This document shows, one piece after another, positions 1-8,744 of a stretch of 64,000 nucleotides of DNA (position 1 is its first letter; every line of letters begins with the position of its first letter). The notes beneath the pieces are model-generated. The model had not been told where the DNA came from. It saw only the letters and a list, made by a program, of their open reading frames with translations, and made no database searches. Location: NCBI GenBank assembly GCA_028718805.1, contig JAQUKY010000001.1:16384-80383 (forward strand), written 5' to 3'. The stretch comes from Candidatus Nanoarchaeia archaeon. Lineage in GTDB: Archaea; Nanobdellota; Nanobdellia; Pacearchaeales; GW2011-AR1. Both the position numbers and the translations under genes were made by a program.

Positions 1-961
1 GGGAACCAGAGATTAACCATAATAGGGGATATAAGGCAATGAATGCCATTGTTAATTTCATAACTTCGTAATTTCCGTATTTATCCGCAAATCTCCCCCA
101 TTGTTTCATAATTAACAATCCAAATAAAGTCTGTGAGAGGGTAACTATCATGAAGGTAACATAACTAAAATTAAGATTTCTTAACATGTAGACTGTAAAA
201 AATGGGCTTGCTATACAAACTGTAAAATCCATGACTGTCCTGAATAATACATATCTCCCAAAATTGTTTTTAGGAGCTTTTTTGATAAATTGCCACAAAC
301 TAAAATAATCCCCTTTCTTTAATCTTAATTTTGGTTCGTAGGTTTTTTTGAAATATTGCCTTGAAATTAACCTTGCGGCCATGGCTAGAAGGAAGAGTAT
401 GATAAACCCAAATATAACAAATTCCTGTTTTTTTAAATAATCCAAAAAAAATGCAGCTGTAATTGTAAACAGTATTGAAACAAAACCTGAAATAAAATTT
501 CTTTTTGAAAACCATTTTCCCCTATAGCCTTCATCAACTAAATCCCCTGTCCAGGAAAACCAGGCAGGGCTTGTTACATTTGAGATTATTGTGTAAACTG
601 AAAAGAAAAGCAGGAGCAGGAATGGTAAAGTGGAGGTTAGTATCCCTTTGTAAAATAAGAATGAGATTAAAATCATGGGAATCCAGGTTAATGCTTCATA
701 TAATGTTGCAGTTACTATAATCTTTTTTCTTGAATATTTCCCAATTAATCCTGAACTAAACCACTGGCTTATGGGGCCAACTAATCCAGAAATAGAACTA
801 ATCATTCCAATTAGAAAATTACTAGAATTAATTGCAATTGCAAAAGGAGTAATATAATAATCTCCTGCAGACGATCTGATTGAAGCAAAACATCCTTCTT
901 TTATAGACAATCTTCTTGCTTTATGCCTTAACTCAGTTATTCTGTTTTCTTTTTTTGCCAT
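1..961 (-). CDS. MFS-type transporter, 5' part (C-terminus lies beyond the window start)
   Basis: Not in the ORF track because it has no in-window stop. My translation of the minus strand from ATG (961-959) stays open to position 2: MAKKENRITELRHKARRLSIKEGCFASIRSSAGDYYITPFAIAINSSNFLIGMISSISGLVGP...IMKQWGRFADKYGNYEV. It shows repeated hydrophobic helices and a G-R-F-A-D-K-Y-G loop resembling MFS motif A. Confidence 0.6.
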   Translation of the reverse strand, partial: MAKKENRITELRHKARRLSIKEGCFASIRSSAGDYYITPFAIAINSSNFLIGMISSISGLVGPISQWFSSGLIGKYSRKKIIVTATLYEALTWIPMILISFLFYKGILTSTLPFLLLLFFSVYTIISNVTSPAWFSWTGDLVDEGYRGKWFSKRNFISGFVSILFTITAAFFLDYLKKQEFVIFGFIILFLLAMAARLISRQYFKKTYEPKLRLKKGDYFSLWQFIKKAPKNNFGRYVLFRTVMDFTVCIASPFFTVYMLRNLNFSYVTFMIVTLSQTLFGLLIMKQWGRFADKYGNYEVMKLTMAFIALYPLLWLISGS

Positions 962-1154
962 TTTTTGTTTATCGGTAATGTGTAAAACGATATGTTTTTG
1001 GTCTTCTGTCGATTAAGCTTTGCCTAAGACACTTATAGTTTCTTATGGCTTCAACTTCCTTTTAATTAGTTTTATTTATTACCAATGAGCTTTTCCTCTT
1101 TTTTATTAAATCGAAATCAGAATTAATAAAGGTTTTGAAGAAATTTTTTCTTAT

Positions 1155-1856
1155 CTATTTCATTATTATGAATTTGGTCCCGAATTTTTCACAGGTGTCA
1201 TGCTTCTCGCTAAGAAAGCGAACATGCTCTTGTAAGTCAGTTCTGATGCGCCTGTCAAGGCGCTCGTAGTCAGACATATTGTTGAGGTTGTTGCACGTAT
1301 AACTGTAAAACCATTCTTTATCCTGGTTGAAACCTGCACAAAAACTGATATCATAAGATCTAAGGTGATAGCGGGACCTGTGATGCCCATTTTTGATTGG
1401 TTTCCTTCCCAGGTCTACTGTATCTTCAGCCCTGGAATCGCTGTCAATAATCCTTTCGCCTGAGTATATTGGTTCAAAGACATAGTGAAAACGGTTTAAT
1501 ATCTCCTCAGGATTTTCTTGTGTTAATTCAGATGCTTTTATGTATTTGTTTACAAGATATTTATCATTAAATTTGGCAATATTCCGGGTAAAAAAGTCAG
1601 TTGGTGGTTCTCCTTTTTTTGGCAGGGATTCTGAATATGGAGCTATTTTATAACTAAGGGGGTTGTTTTGAAAACTTGCCTGTACGGGTTCAATTGTCTC
1701 TCTGAGAAAATCTGAAAATTTATTCCAATTTGCGTGCAAAATAACTATTGTAGTCATAATTGGCATGGGTAATTTGCCTTCTAACTCAGAAGCTGTAAAC
1801 ATATTTTCTTTTGTAATGTACCATCTTTCATTACTTATATCTAATTTTGCCATCAT
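1155..1856 (-). CDS. hypothetical protein (233 aa)
   Basis: Long open frame in a stop-codon-rich AT-rich background. No motif recognised. Confidence 0.5.
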   Translation of the reverse strand: MMAKLDISNERWYITKENMFTASELEGKLPMPIMTTIVILHANWNKFSDFLRETIEPVQASFQNNPLSYKIAPYSESLPKKGEPPTDFFTRNIAKFNDKYLVNKYIKASELTQENPEEILNRFHYVFEPIYSGERIIDSDSRAEDTVDLGRKPIKNGHHRSRYHLRSYDISFCAGFNQDKEWFYSYTCNNLNNMSDYERLDRRIRTDLQEHVRFLSEKHDTCEKFGTKFIIMK

Positions 1857-1901
1857 AAAAACTGATTAAGCAAATTTAAAAGCATTATTGTAATAGATGG
1901 A

Positions 1902-1972
1902 TGCAGTCTGCGAGGATTGCACTCGCGTCACAAGCTTGGGAAGCTCGTATTCTGCTACTAAACTAAGACTGC
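1902..1972 (-). tRNA. tRNA-Gly (anticodon CCC), 71 nt, no encoded CCA
   Basis: Reverse complement is GCAGTCTTAGTTTAGTAGCAGAATACGAGCTTCCCAAGCTTGTGACGCGAGTGCAATCCTCGCAGACTGCA. Perfect 7-bp acceptor stem (GCAGTCT/AGACTGC). 5-bp anticodon stem CGAGC/GCTTG with loop TTCCCAA. 5-bp T stem GCGAG/CTCGC. The D arm is weak and wobble-rich. This is the locally GC-richest patch. Confidence 0.78.
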
Positions 1973-2019
1973 ATGTTTTTAGTATGAGAATCAGGTTTAT
2001 TAATATTATTTTTGTTTGT

Positions 2020-2556
2020 TTATTCCAGGAACTTCCTTAATTTTTCCAAAGCTAATTTTCTCATAGAAATTTTATTTTTTTCCTCTGCTGACATTTCAGC
2101 AAAAGTTTTTTTGCTGTTTTCTGGGATAAATATTGGATCCCAGCCGAAATTTGTTTTTCCTCTTGGTTTTTTTGGCATTTTTCCTTTAAGCTGCCCGATA
2201 AAGATATGAAATTTTTTTCCATCATAAAGGCAGTAGCATGTTTTAACAGTTACTTTTCTATTTTTGTCTTGGAGAGCTTTGCATATCCCTTTGTTTCCAA
2301 GAGATCTTAGCATCCACTTAATCAGGGCTCCTGGAAAATTATTCCAGGCTTCAATATAAAATCCAGTATCTTCAACTAAAACCGTATTTTTTATAATCTG
2401 ATAGGCCTTTTTTGCTTTATGCTTAACAACTTCCTCAACTTCAAGTGCCTGGATTTCTTCCACATCTAAATTTATCCTTTCTAATTTTTTATTCAGTATA
2501 GCTTCAGCTTCTTTTACCTTATTTTCGTTTGAAGTTATAAAATATATGTTTTCCAT
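2020..2556 (-). CDS. rdgB: non-canonical purine NTP pyrophosphatase (RdgB/HAM1/ITPase family)
   Basis: MENIYFITSNENKVKEAEAIL...VLVEDTGFYIEAWNNFPGALIKW...FGWDPIFIP...TFAEMSAEEKNKISMR matches the HAM1 family pattern. Start moved to the internal ATG at 2556, because the track's longer ORF would overlap metG. Confidence 0.85.
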   Translation of the reverse strand: MENIYFITSNENKVKEAEAILNKKLERINLDVEEIQALEVEEVVKHKAKKAYQIIKNTVLVEDTGFYIEAWNNFPGALIKWMLRSLGNKGICKALQDKNRKVTVKTCYCLYDGKKFHIFIGQLKGKMPKKPRGKTNFGWDPIFIPENSKKTFAEMSAEEKNKISMRKLALEKLRKFLE

Positions 2557-2607
2557 AAGACTAGGATATAAATAAGGTTTAAATATATTCTTTCTCGTAG
2601 ATTTATT

Positions 2608-4029
2608 ATGATAAAGAAGAAATTTTATGTTACAACTGCAATAGATTATGTTAATGCAAAACCGCATTGCGGACATGCATTTGAGAAAACTTTAGCTGAT
2701 GCTATAGCAAGATGGAATAGACTTAATGGAAAAGATGTTTTTTTCTTAACTGGTGTTGATGAGAATGCACAGAAAAATGTTCAAGCTGCTGAGAAAGCAG
2801 GAATTAATGTGAAAGAGTTTGTCGATAAAAATACTGGTTTTTTCTTAGATTTATGCAAAAAATTGAATATAAGCTATGACGATTTTATTAGAACAAGTGC
2901 AAAAGATCATGCAGTTATTGTTCAAAAGATAGTTAAGAAGATAATAGAAAAAGGAGATATTTATTTAGGGAAATATGAAGGTTACTATTGCACTGGGTGT
3001 GAGGAGTATAAGACTGAAAAAGATTTAGTTGACGGAAAATGTCCTGAGCATAATAAAGAACCAGAATTCAGAAAAGAAGAGGCATATTTTTTTAAGTTAA
3101 GTAAATATCAGGATAAACTTCTTAAGATAATTCCAAAATATGTAATCCCAGAACAAAGAAAAAATGAAATAATAAAAAGGGTTGAGGAAGGATTAACTGA
3201 TCTTTGTGTTAGCAGAAGAAATGTAGAATGGGGGATTGATTTCCCAAATGATAAAAATTTTAAAATTTATGTTTGGGTTGACGCTTTGATAAATTATATT
3301 TCTGGCTTAAAAAATAAGGAAAAAAAATACTGGCCTGCTGATGTTCATGTTATTGGGAAGGGGATTAATTGGTTTCACTCAGTTATATGGCCCGCATTAT
3401 TATTATCTGCAGGTTATGAATTGCCAAAAACTCTTTTAGTTCACGGTTATTTAAATCTTGGTGGGAAAAAAATAAGCAAAAGTCTTGGGAATGTAATTGA
3501 CCCTTTAGGACTTTTAGGAAAATATGATTCAGATTCAGTAAGATACTCTTTATTGAAATGTTCTGTGTTTGAAGATTCTGATTATTCTGAAGAAATTTTA
3601 ATCAGCAGGAATAACAATGAACTGGCAAACAAATTAGGAAACTTAGTTTCAAGAGTTGAAGCATTGGCTGAGAAGTATGGAATTGAAAAAACTGAGAATA
3701 AGCTAATTTCAAAATTAAAATTAAAGGAAATTGAAAAATATGTTAATAATTATGAATTTGACAAGGCATTAAATGAGATTTTTGCCTTTATTGATGAATG
3801 CAATCTGTATGTTCAGGATAAAAAGCCCTGGGAGACTCATGATAAGAAAGTTTTGTATGAATTAGCTGATAGCATCAAGGCAACTGCAATCTTGCTTTAC
3901 CCATTTATGCCAAGCACAAGCGGGAAAATTGCAGAGCAATTTGGTTTTAAGATTGATTATAAAGAGATAAGCAAGCCTTTGAAAGTAAGTAAGATAAAGA
4001 AGGGTGAGATACTTTTTAAGAAGATGTAA
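2608..4029 (+). CDS. metG: methionyl-tRNA synthetase, core enzyme without C-terminal tRNA-binding domain
   Basis: Class I HIGH-type motif (AKPHCGHAFE), KMSKS motif (KISKSLGN) and a CxxC...CPxH zinc knuckle (CTGCEEY...KCPEH). 473 aa. Confidence 0.9.
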   Translation: MIKKKFYVTTAIDYVNAKPHCGHAFEKTLADAIARWNRLNGKDVFFLTGVDENAQKNVQAAEKAGINVKEFVDKNTGFFLDLCKKLNISYDDFIRTSAKDHAVIVQKIVKKIIEKGDIYLGKYEGYYCTGCEEYKTEKDLVDGKCPEHNKEPEFRKEEAYFFKLSKYQDKLLKIIPKYVIPEQRKNEIIKRVEEGLTDLCVSRRNVEWGIDFPNDKNFKIYVWVDALINYISGLKNKEKKYWPADVHVIGKGINWFHSVIWPALLLSAGYELPKTLLVHGYLNLGGKKISKSLGNVIDPLGLLGKYDSDSVRYSLLKCSVFEDSDYSEEILISRNNNELANKLGNLVSRVEALAEKYGIEKTENKLISKLKLKEIEKYVNNYEFDKALNEIFAFIDECNLYVQDKKPWETHDKKVLYELADSIKATAILLYPFMPSTSGKIAEQFGFKIDYKEISKPLKVSKIKKGEILFKKM

Positions 4030-4038
4030 ACCCAAACC

Positions 4039-4998
4039 TCACAAAGGCAAATAATTTAATTTGAGTAACTGGCTGTTTATGACTAATTCATATGAATCAA
4101 TTATATTCCCAAACTTTGATTTCATCTCAGACAAAAAAGAGTTCAGATCATTAATATCTGTGATTGCTACATTGATTTCATAGTCAAAAGAACCAATTTT
4201 TTTTGTAGTGTATATGACATTTTTTTTGTTTGCACACCAACAAATTAAATTATCTTCTTCCTTCAGGGTAGAATTTCTTATTTTTAACATTATGACATAA
4301 TGAAAATAGCCAATCTTGTTCATGTCAGCAATTACTCTGAATGAGCTCACTATTTTTTGTGTCAGATCTTTTACTCTGTGTTTTACCACATCTATTGTAT
4401 AACCTGTTTTTTCAGCCAGTTCTATTAAGGAGATATTTGCTTCCTGAGATAATACTCTAAGTATTTTTTTGTCTTTTTCATCAAGTTTAATTTCTTTATG
4501 ATCTTCTCCATATTTATCAAATTTAACTATTTCCTGTTTTTCTCCAAGAAGCAGTTTGTGCAGCTTAAATATTTTAGAAGAGACTACAATACTTACGAGG
4601 TAGTCATGCAAGATATCCCTGAATTTTGTTTTAACCTCACTTAAAAAAGAGTCTAATTCCCTGATGTTCTGAGATGCAATAACAAATGCATAATCAAATG
4701 AACCTTCTGTTTTAATGAAATTAATCACTTTTTTCTCACTTTTTATAAATTCAATAAACTCTTTTTCTCTTGCTGGAGTCATGGATTTCATCTTGCAATA
4801 AATCTTATGGTTCTTATAGCCAAGTTTTCCTAAGTTGACTGAGCAAATGTAATTAGTTATTATTTTTTCTTTTTCAAGTTTTTTTATCCTGTAGTCCAGC
4901 ACATTTCTTCCTATCCTGAGTTTTTTTGCCATTTTACTTAAAGGAGTCCTGCAGTTAATATCCAGTTCACACAGTATTTTTTTATCTATTAGGTCCAT
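4039..4998 (-). CDS. tandem (two-unit) Lrp/AsnC-fold protein, paralog 1
   Basis: Two AsnC-type HTH segments (LIDKKILCELDINCRTPLSKMAKKLRIGRNVLDYRIKKLEKEKII; LDEKDKKILRVLSQEANISLIELAEKTGYTIDVVKHRVKDL). Each is followed by an effector-type domain (EGSFDY.., IGSFDY..). Divergent from the 5092 operon. Confidence 0.8.
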   Translation of the reverse strand: MDLIDKKILCELDINCRTPLSKMAKKLRIGRNVLDYRIKKLEKEKIITNYICSVNLGKLGYKNHKIYCKMKSMTPAREKEFIEFIKSEKKVINFIKTEGSFDYAFVIASQNIRELDSFLSEVKTKFRDILHDYLVSIVVSSKIFKLHKLLLGEKQEIVKFDKYGEDHKEIKLDEKDKKILRVLSQEANISLIELAEKTGYTIDVVKHRVKDLTQKIVSSFRVIADMNKIGYFHYVIMLKIRNSTLKEEDNLICWCANKKNVIYTTKKIGSFDYEINVAITDINDLNSFLSEMKSKFGNIIDSYELVINSQLLKLNYLPL

Positions 4999-5091
4999 GT
5001 TATTAATAATAGGTATAAAGTATATAAATATTACCTTTTTTTAATAATTTTCTCTCACAGATTTTATATCTTATTGTATCCTGTAATTATT

Positions 5092-6264
5092 ATGGTAAGA
5101 GAAAAAAGCGCAGTTTATCCGTTATCAGCAGACCCAATACATAACGGGCACATATATACCCTAGCTGTAGCAGCAAACAGCGGCTTATTTGACAAAGTAA
5201 TTGTTGCTGTTGGAAATGACTGCAATAAAAATTATCTCTTTGACTTAGATGAAAGATTATTTTTAGCAAAAAAAGCAGTTTATTCTTCTGGATTTGAAAA
5301 AAACAAAGTAAGTGTAGAATCTTTTTATGGACTTTTAAGGAATTATGCAAGAGAGCAGGGAGCAAAATTTATAGTCAGAGGATGCAGAAACTCTAAAGAT
5401 TGGGAATATGAAAAAATATTGGGTGAATTTAATGGAGAATATGGATTACAGACTTTGATTTTTCCTGCTTCAAAAGAATTTGAGAATCTTAGTTCGACTT
5501 ATGTTAAATCCATAGCTGCGGAAGGGGGATTTGTTCATAATTTAGTTCATCCTTCAGTAAAACAAGCGCTTGAAGAAAGATTAAGAGAAGTTAGTCTAAT
5601 CGGAGTAACCGGCAATATGGGTGCTGGTAAAACTACTTTTTGTGAAAAATTAGTAGAATATTCTCAATTAAACGGAGGAAATTTGAGCCATATTGATTTT
5701 GATAAGCTAGTTCATTCATTATATTTTGGAGATTCGTCATTAAGTTATGAAGTTAGAAAGAATATAAGAGCGAGTTTTGGGGAAGATGTTTTCAATAGTT
5801 CTGGATTAGACAGAAGAAAGCTTGCTGAAATAGTTTTTGGAGATAGTGATAAGAGAGAAGAACTTTCAAGAATACTTATGGTTCCATCAATGATAAAATT
5901 TGAAGAAGAATTAAGACAAAGAAAAGGAATTGTCCTTGTTGATGCTGCATATTTTACTGAATATAACTTGCTTCCTTTGGTTAATTATAATGTAATTCTT
6001 GTGAGCTGCGATGAAAATGAAAGATTTAGGAGAGTTTTCAGAAGAGATGGAATAAATCGTGAAGAAATAGAAGCAAAAACAAAAGCTCAGCATAGTGAGG
6101 ACTTAAAAAGAAAAATAATAAGGGAAGCCCAGGATAAGTATAATCATGGTTTTTTCCATGAAATTGATTCTACAAATGGCATGAGATTAGATGAAATAAT
6201 GGAAAAAATTGAGTCTTATTTTCCTTTATTAAAATCAGGAGTCAGGGAAAATGCAATTGTCTGA
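5092..6264 (+). CDS. bifunctional phosphopantetheine adenylyltransferase (bacterial CoaD type) / dephospho-CoA kinase (CoaE type) fusion
   Basis: The N-terminal half has AVYPLSADPIHNGHIY (HxGH nucleotidyltransferase motif), FIVRGCRNSKDWEYE and SSTYVKSIAAEGG, as in bacterial CoaD. The C-terminal half has the CoaE-like P-loop IGVTGNMGAGKTT. The track start at 5074 is TTG, so I use ATG 5092 in the same frame. Confidence 0.8.
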   Translation: MVREKSAVYPLSADPIHNGHIYTLAVAANSGLFDKVIVAVGNDCNKNYLFDLDERLFLAKKAVYSSGFEKNKVSVESFYGLLRNYAREQGAKFIVRGCRNSKDWEYEKILGEFNGEYGLQTLIFPASKEFENLSSTYVKSIAAEGGFVHNLVHPSVKQALEERLREVSLIGVTGNMGAGKTTFCEKLVEYSQLNGGNLSHIDFDKLVHSLYFGDSSLSYEVRKNIRASFGEDVFNSSGLDRRKLAEIVFGDSDKREELSRILMVPSMIKFEEELRQRKGIVLVDAAYFTEYNLLPLVNYNVILVSCDENERFRRVFRRDGINREEIEAKTKAQHSEDLKRKIIREAQDKYNHGFFHEIDSTNGMRLDEIMEKIESYFPLLKSGVRENAIV

Positions 6265-6979
6265 TTTTATTTTTCGCCCACCAACTTTAAAGATGTGGAT
6301 AAAATATGGGAAGATATACGGAGAATTAGGTTCTAAATGGGCAGAGCTAATGAGAGAACTAAAAATTGATATGAGTTATGATGTTTATGGTACAAGCAAT
6401 CCCAAAGGCGAAACAGTGTTTTTAGAACTTTGCAGGAAATATTCTGAAAGTCACAGATATTATCATAATCCAAAACATCTTTTGGAATGTCTCAGAGAGT
6501 TTAATGAAGCTAGGGGTTTAGCAGAATTTCCTTTATCAGTTTCTTCAGCATTGTGGTTCCATGATGTTGTTTATGACACAAAAGCGGAAGATAATGAAGA
6601 AAAAAGTGAACAATATGCAAGGAAAAAACTTCAAGCATTAAAATTGCCTGATTCTTTTATTCAGAGAGTTGGCAATCTTGTTTTAATCACTAAACATTCT
6701 GATAAACCAAAAAACACTGATGAAAAACTTGTTTTAGATATAGATTTGTCTATCCTTGGAAAATCTGAAGAAGTTTTTAATGAATATGAAAAAAATATCA
6801 GGCAGGAGTATTCCTGGGTGGATGAAGAAGAGTTTAGAAAAGCAAGAAGCAGGATATTAGAGTCTTTTTTAAGCAGAGATTCAATATATCAAACTGATTT
6901 TTTCAGAGATAAGTATGAAGTCCAGGCAAGAAAAAATCTGGAAAGGTCTATAAACATATTAACTAATCCTGTTCCATAG
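6251..6979 (+). CDS. HD-superfamily metal-dependent phosphohydrolase (paralog of 55007-55603)
   Basis: YHNPKHLLECL ... LWFHDVVYDTKAEDNEEKSEQYARKKL ... VLDIDLSILG gives the H..H / HD / D pattern. Overlaps the CoaD-CoaE stop by 14 nt. An alternative ATG lies at 6293. Confidence 0.6.
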   Translation: MQLSDFIFRPPTLKMWIKYGKIYGELGSKWAELMRELKIDMSYDVYGTSNPKGETVFLELCRKYSESHRYYHNPKHLLECLREFNEARGLAEFPLSVSSALWFHDVVYDTKAEDNEEKSEQYARKKLQALKLPDSFIQRVGNLVLITKHSDKPKNTDEKLVLDIDLSILGKSEEVFNEYEKNIRQEYSWVDEEEFRKARSRILESFLSRDSIYQTDFFRDKYEVQARKNLERSINILTNPVP

Positions 6980-7062
6980 GACCCTTTATTCATATTATAT
7001 TAGGCAACCGATAAGTTTAAATTTCTATTAAAGAGGGTATATTATTATAAAAATATCATATC

Positions 7063-8562
7063 ATGGAATCTGAGAAAATGGGTTGCAATGAACTGGAAAA
7101 AATTGGTTATAATGGAATAAACCAGTCAATAGAACCTGAAGGTAACTCAAAGATTATAATTGAAAAGGATTTTGATGTTTCAAAAGTAGACTCTGCATTT
7201 AAGGATTTTTTTAAGGGAATTTCTCCTAAAGATGAGGATTCAAGATTGTTCTATTTTACAGAGCCTCATGTTGGCTCTAAGTCAAGGATGGGATTGTTTG
7301 GGGACTTTGCCCCTTCAGTTGTGTTTGCAGCTAATAGGTTTAATAAACTTCACCTTCCTGTAAGGGAAAAATATCTAAGGGAATTTGGATACGGCAAATT
7401 GTCTCATCTTTATTGTACTCTAGATAAGTCTGTAATGTTTGGTTTTCAGAATAAGTATATGGCCAGGAGCAAGATCCATAATCTTAATTCTGTTGCATCA
7501 ATTTTTCACAGACCTGGTTTGAAGATAGATGAGGAAAGACTCAAAGGCAAAGATATTTCTGATGATAAGGTTATAAAAGTATTGTTTGAAATAAAGAAAA
7601 ACGCAACTAAACTTTTTGGTGAGGTGAAATGTGAGGCTTTAGGCTATTCTACAATCAAACAATCAGAGCATAACTTCAGCTATCCTTCGCTTCTTGAAAA
7701 GATTGTTGGAGCAGATAATCTGATAAAAATCTTATTATATGGCTCAAGTGCAAAAGGACATGGGAATGACTTTGATAATCTTGGAGTTTTGCAGACAATA
7801 CCTCCTGATTTTTATGAAAAAATAAGGGGAACAAAACCTAATGAGAATGGAAAAGAAGTAGGGGTTATATTTATCCCAGAGGATATTCTTGAAAATTTTC
7901 TTTATGTAAATGTAAGCAATTCTTTACTCAGGCAAAGCAGCAAGTCTTTAAAGGGAGAGTTTGAGGTACCAATAGAATCTCCGAGATACCAGATATTCAA
8001 GGAGGCATATCACGCTGGAGTTGGCTCTGCAAAACTGCTTTCTGGGATGAATCTTGTTTATAGAAAGCCTGAATTGTTTTTTGACAAGCCAGGATTGTTT
8101 GATTATTTTATGAAACTGAACAGGTTTACACTGCAGGGGCTTTCCCAGAATGAAAAGTATGTTTCATTAAGCAAGGAAGAAACCCTGGAGAAACTTAAAA
8201 AAGGATTTGATTTTGAAATTCCAAAGTTTAAAGCAGATGTCAGCTATCTGCAGGAATGTTTTTTAAAAGCCAATAAGGCAAGCATTGAAATTGCAAGCAA
8301 ATTATATAACCCAAGACTGGCAATGGAAGGAAATGAGTTTTTAGCTGAATTGCAGCAGCAGTTTTCAAGAAAAATATTCAAGGCAGATTATCAGGGTCTT
8401 GACCTGTATGTTTTTGGCATGAGAGAGACTATGAGTTCAGGGGATATTGTTCCTGTAAGGATTCTTGATAAAAAGGAAAGAGATTATTCCTCCAAAAGAG
8501 AAGAGCTGAATTACAGGGGAATAACAAACAAAAAAAGAGTGTTAATTGGAAAAAGAGTTTAG
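7063..8562 (+). CDS. large protein with Pol-beta-type nucleotidyltransferase core
   Basis: LLYGSSAKGHGNDFDNL (G-S ... D-x-D minimal NTase signature) lies mid-protein. The flanking ~200-aa regions are unassigned. Confidence 0.5.
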   Translation: MESEKMGCNELEKIGYNGINQSIEPEGNSKIIIEKDFDVSKVDSAFKDFFKGISPKDEDSRLFYFTEPHVGSKSRMGLFGDFAPSVVFAANRFNKLHLPVREKYLREFGYGKLSHLYCTLDKSVMFGFQNKYMARSKIHNLNSVASIFHRPGLKIDEERLKGKDISDDKVIKVLFEIKKNATKLFGEVKCEALGYSTIKQSEHNFSYPSLLEKIVGADNLIKILLYGSSAKGHGNDFDNLGVLQTIPPDFYEKIRGTKPNENGKEVGVIFIPEDILENFLYVNVSNSLLRQSSKSLKGEFEVPIESPRYQIFKEAYHAGVGSAKLLSGMNLVYRKPELFFDKPGLFDYFMKLNRFTLQGLSQNEKYVSLSKEETLEKLKKGFDFEIPKFKADVSYLQECFLKANKASIEIASKLYNPRLAMEGNEFLAELQQQFSRKIFKADYQGLDLYVFGMRETMSSGDIVPVRILDKKERDYSSKREELNYRGITNKKRVLIGKRV

Positions 8563-8744
8563 GATTTTTTAAACTTATAATTGATGTCAGTAATGTGTAA
8601 GACTTTGGGATTTGCAAATGAGCAGATTAAGATTGAAATTCATAGAGTTTTTTTGTTTTAAATATTAAAGATATTATGAAAATTTTAACTAAATTTATTC
8701 TCTTATACAATAATCCTTTTAAATGATGTCTCAATTAATATCAA

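Noticed and set aside
2557-2676. 40-codon N-terminal extension of the ITPase ORF in the track (start at 2676)
   Set aside because: It would overlap the metG 5' end by 69 nt. It translates to a Cys/Ile/Asn-rich low-complexity peptide absent from HAM1-family proteins. The internal ATG at 2556 gives the canonical MENIYFITSN start.
5012-5035. Shared operator between the two divergent tandem-Lrp promoters (GGTATAAAGTATATAAATATTACC at 5012-5035 versus GGTTATATAAGAAATATTTTACC at 55620-55642)
   Set aside because: Both are essentially TATA-like AT-rich stretches bounded by GGT/ACC. The alignment needs gaps, and the position relative to the Lrp gene differs between the loci. This is too weak to call.
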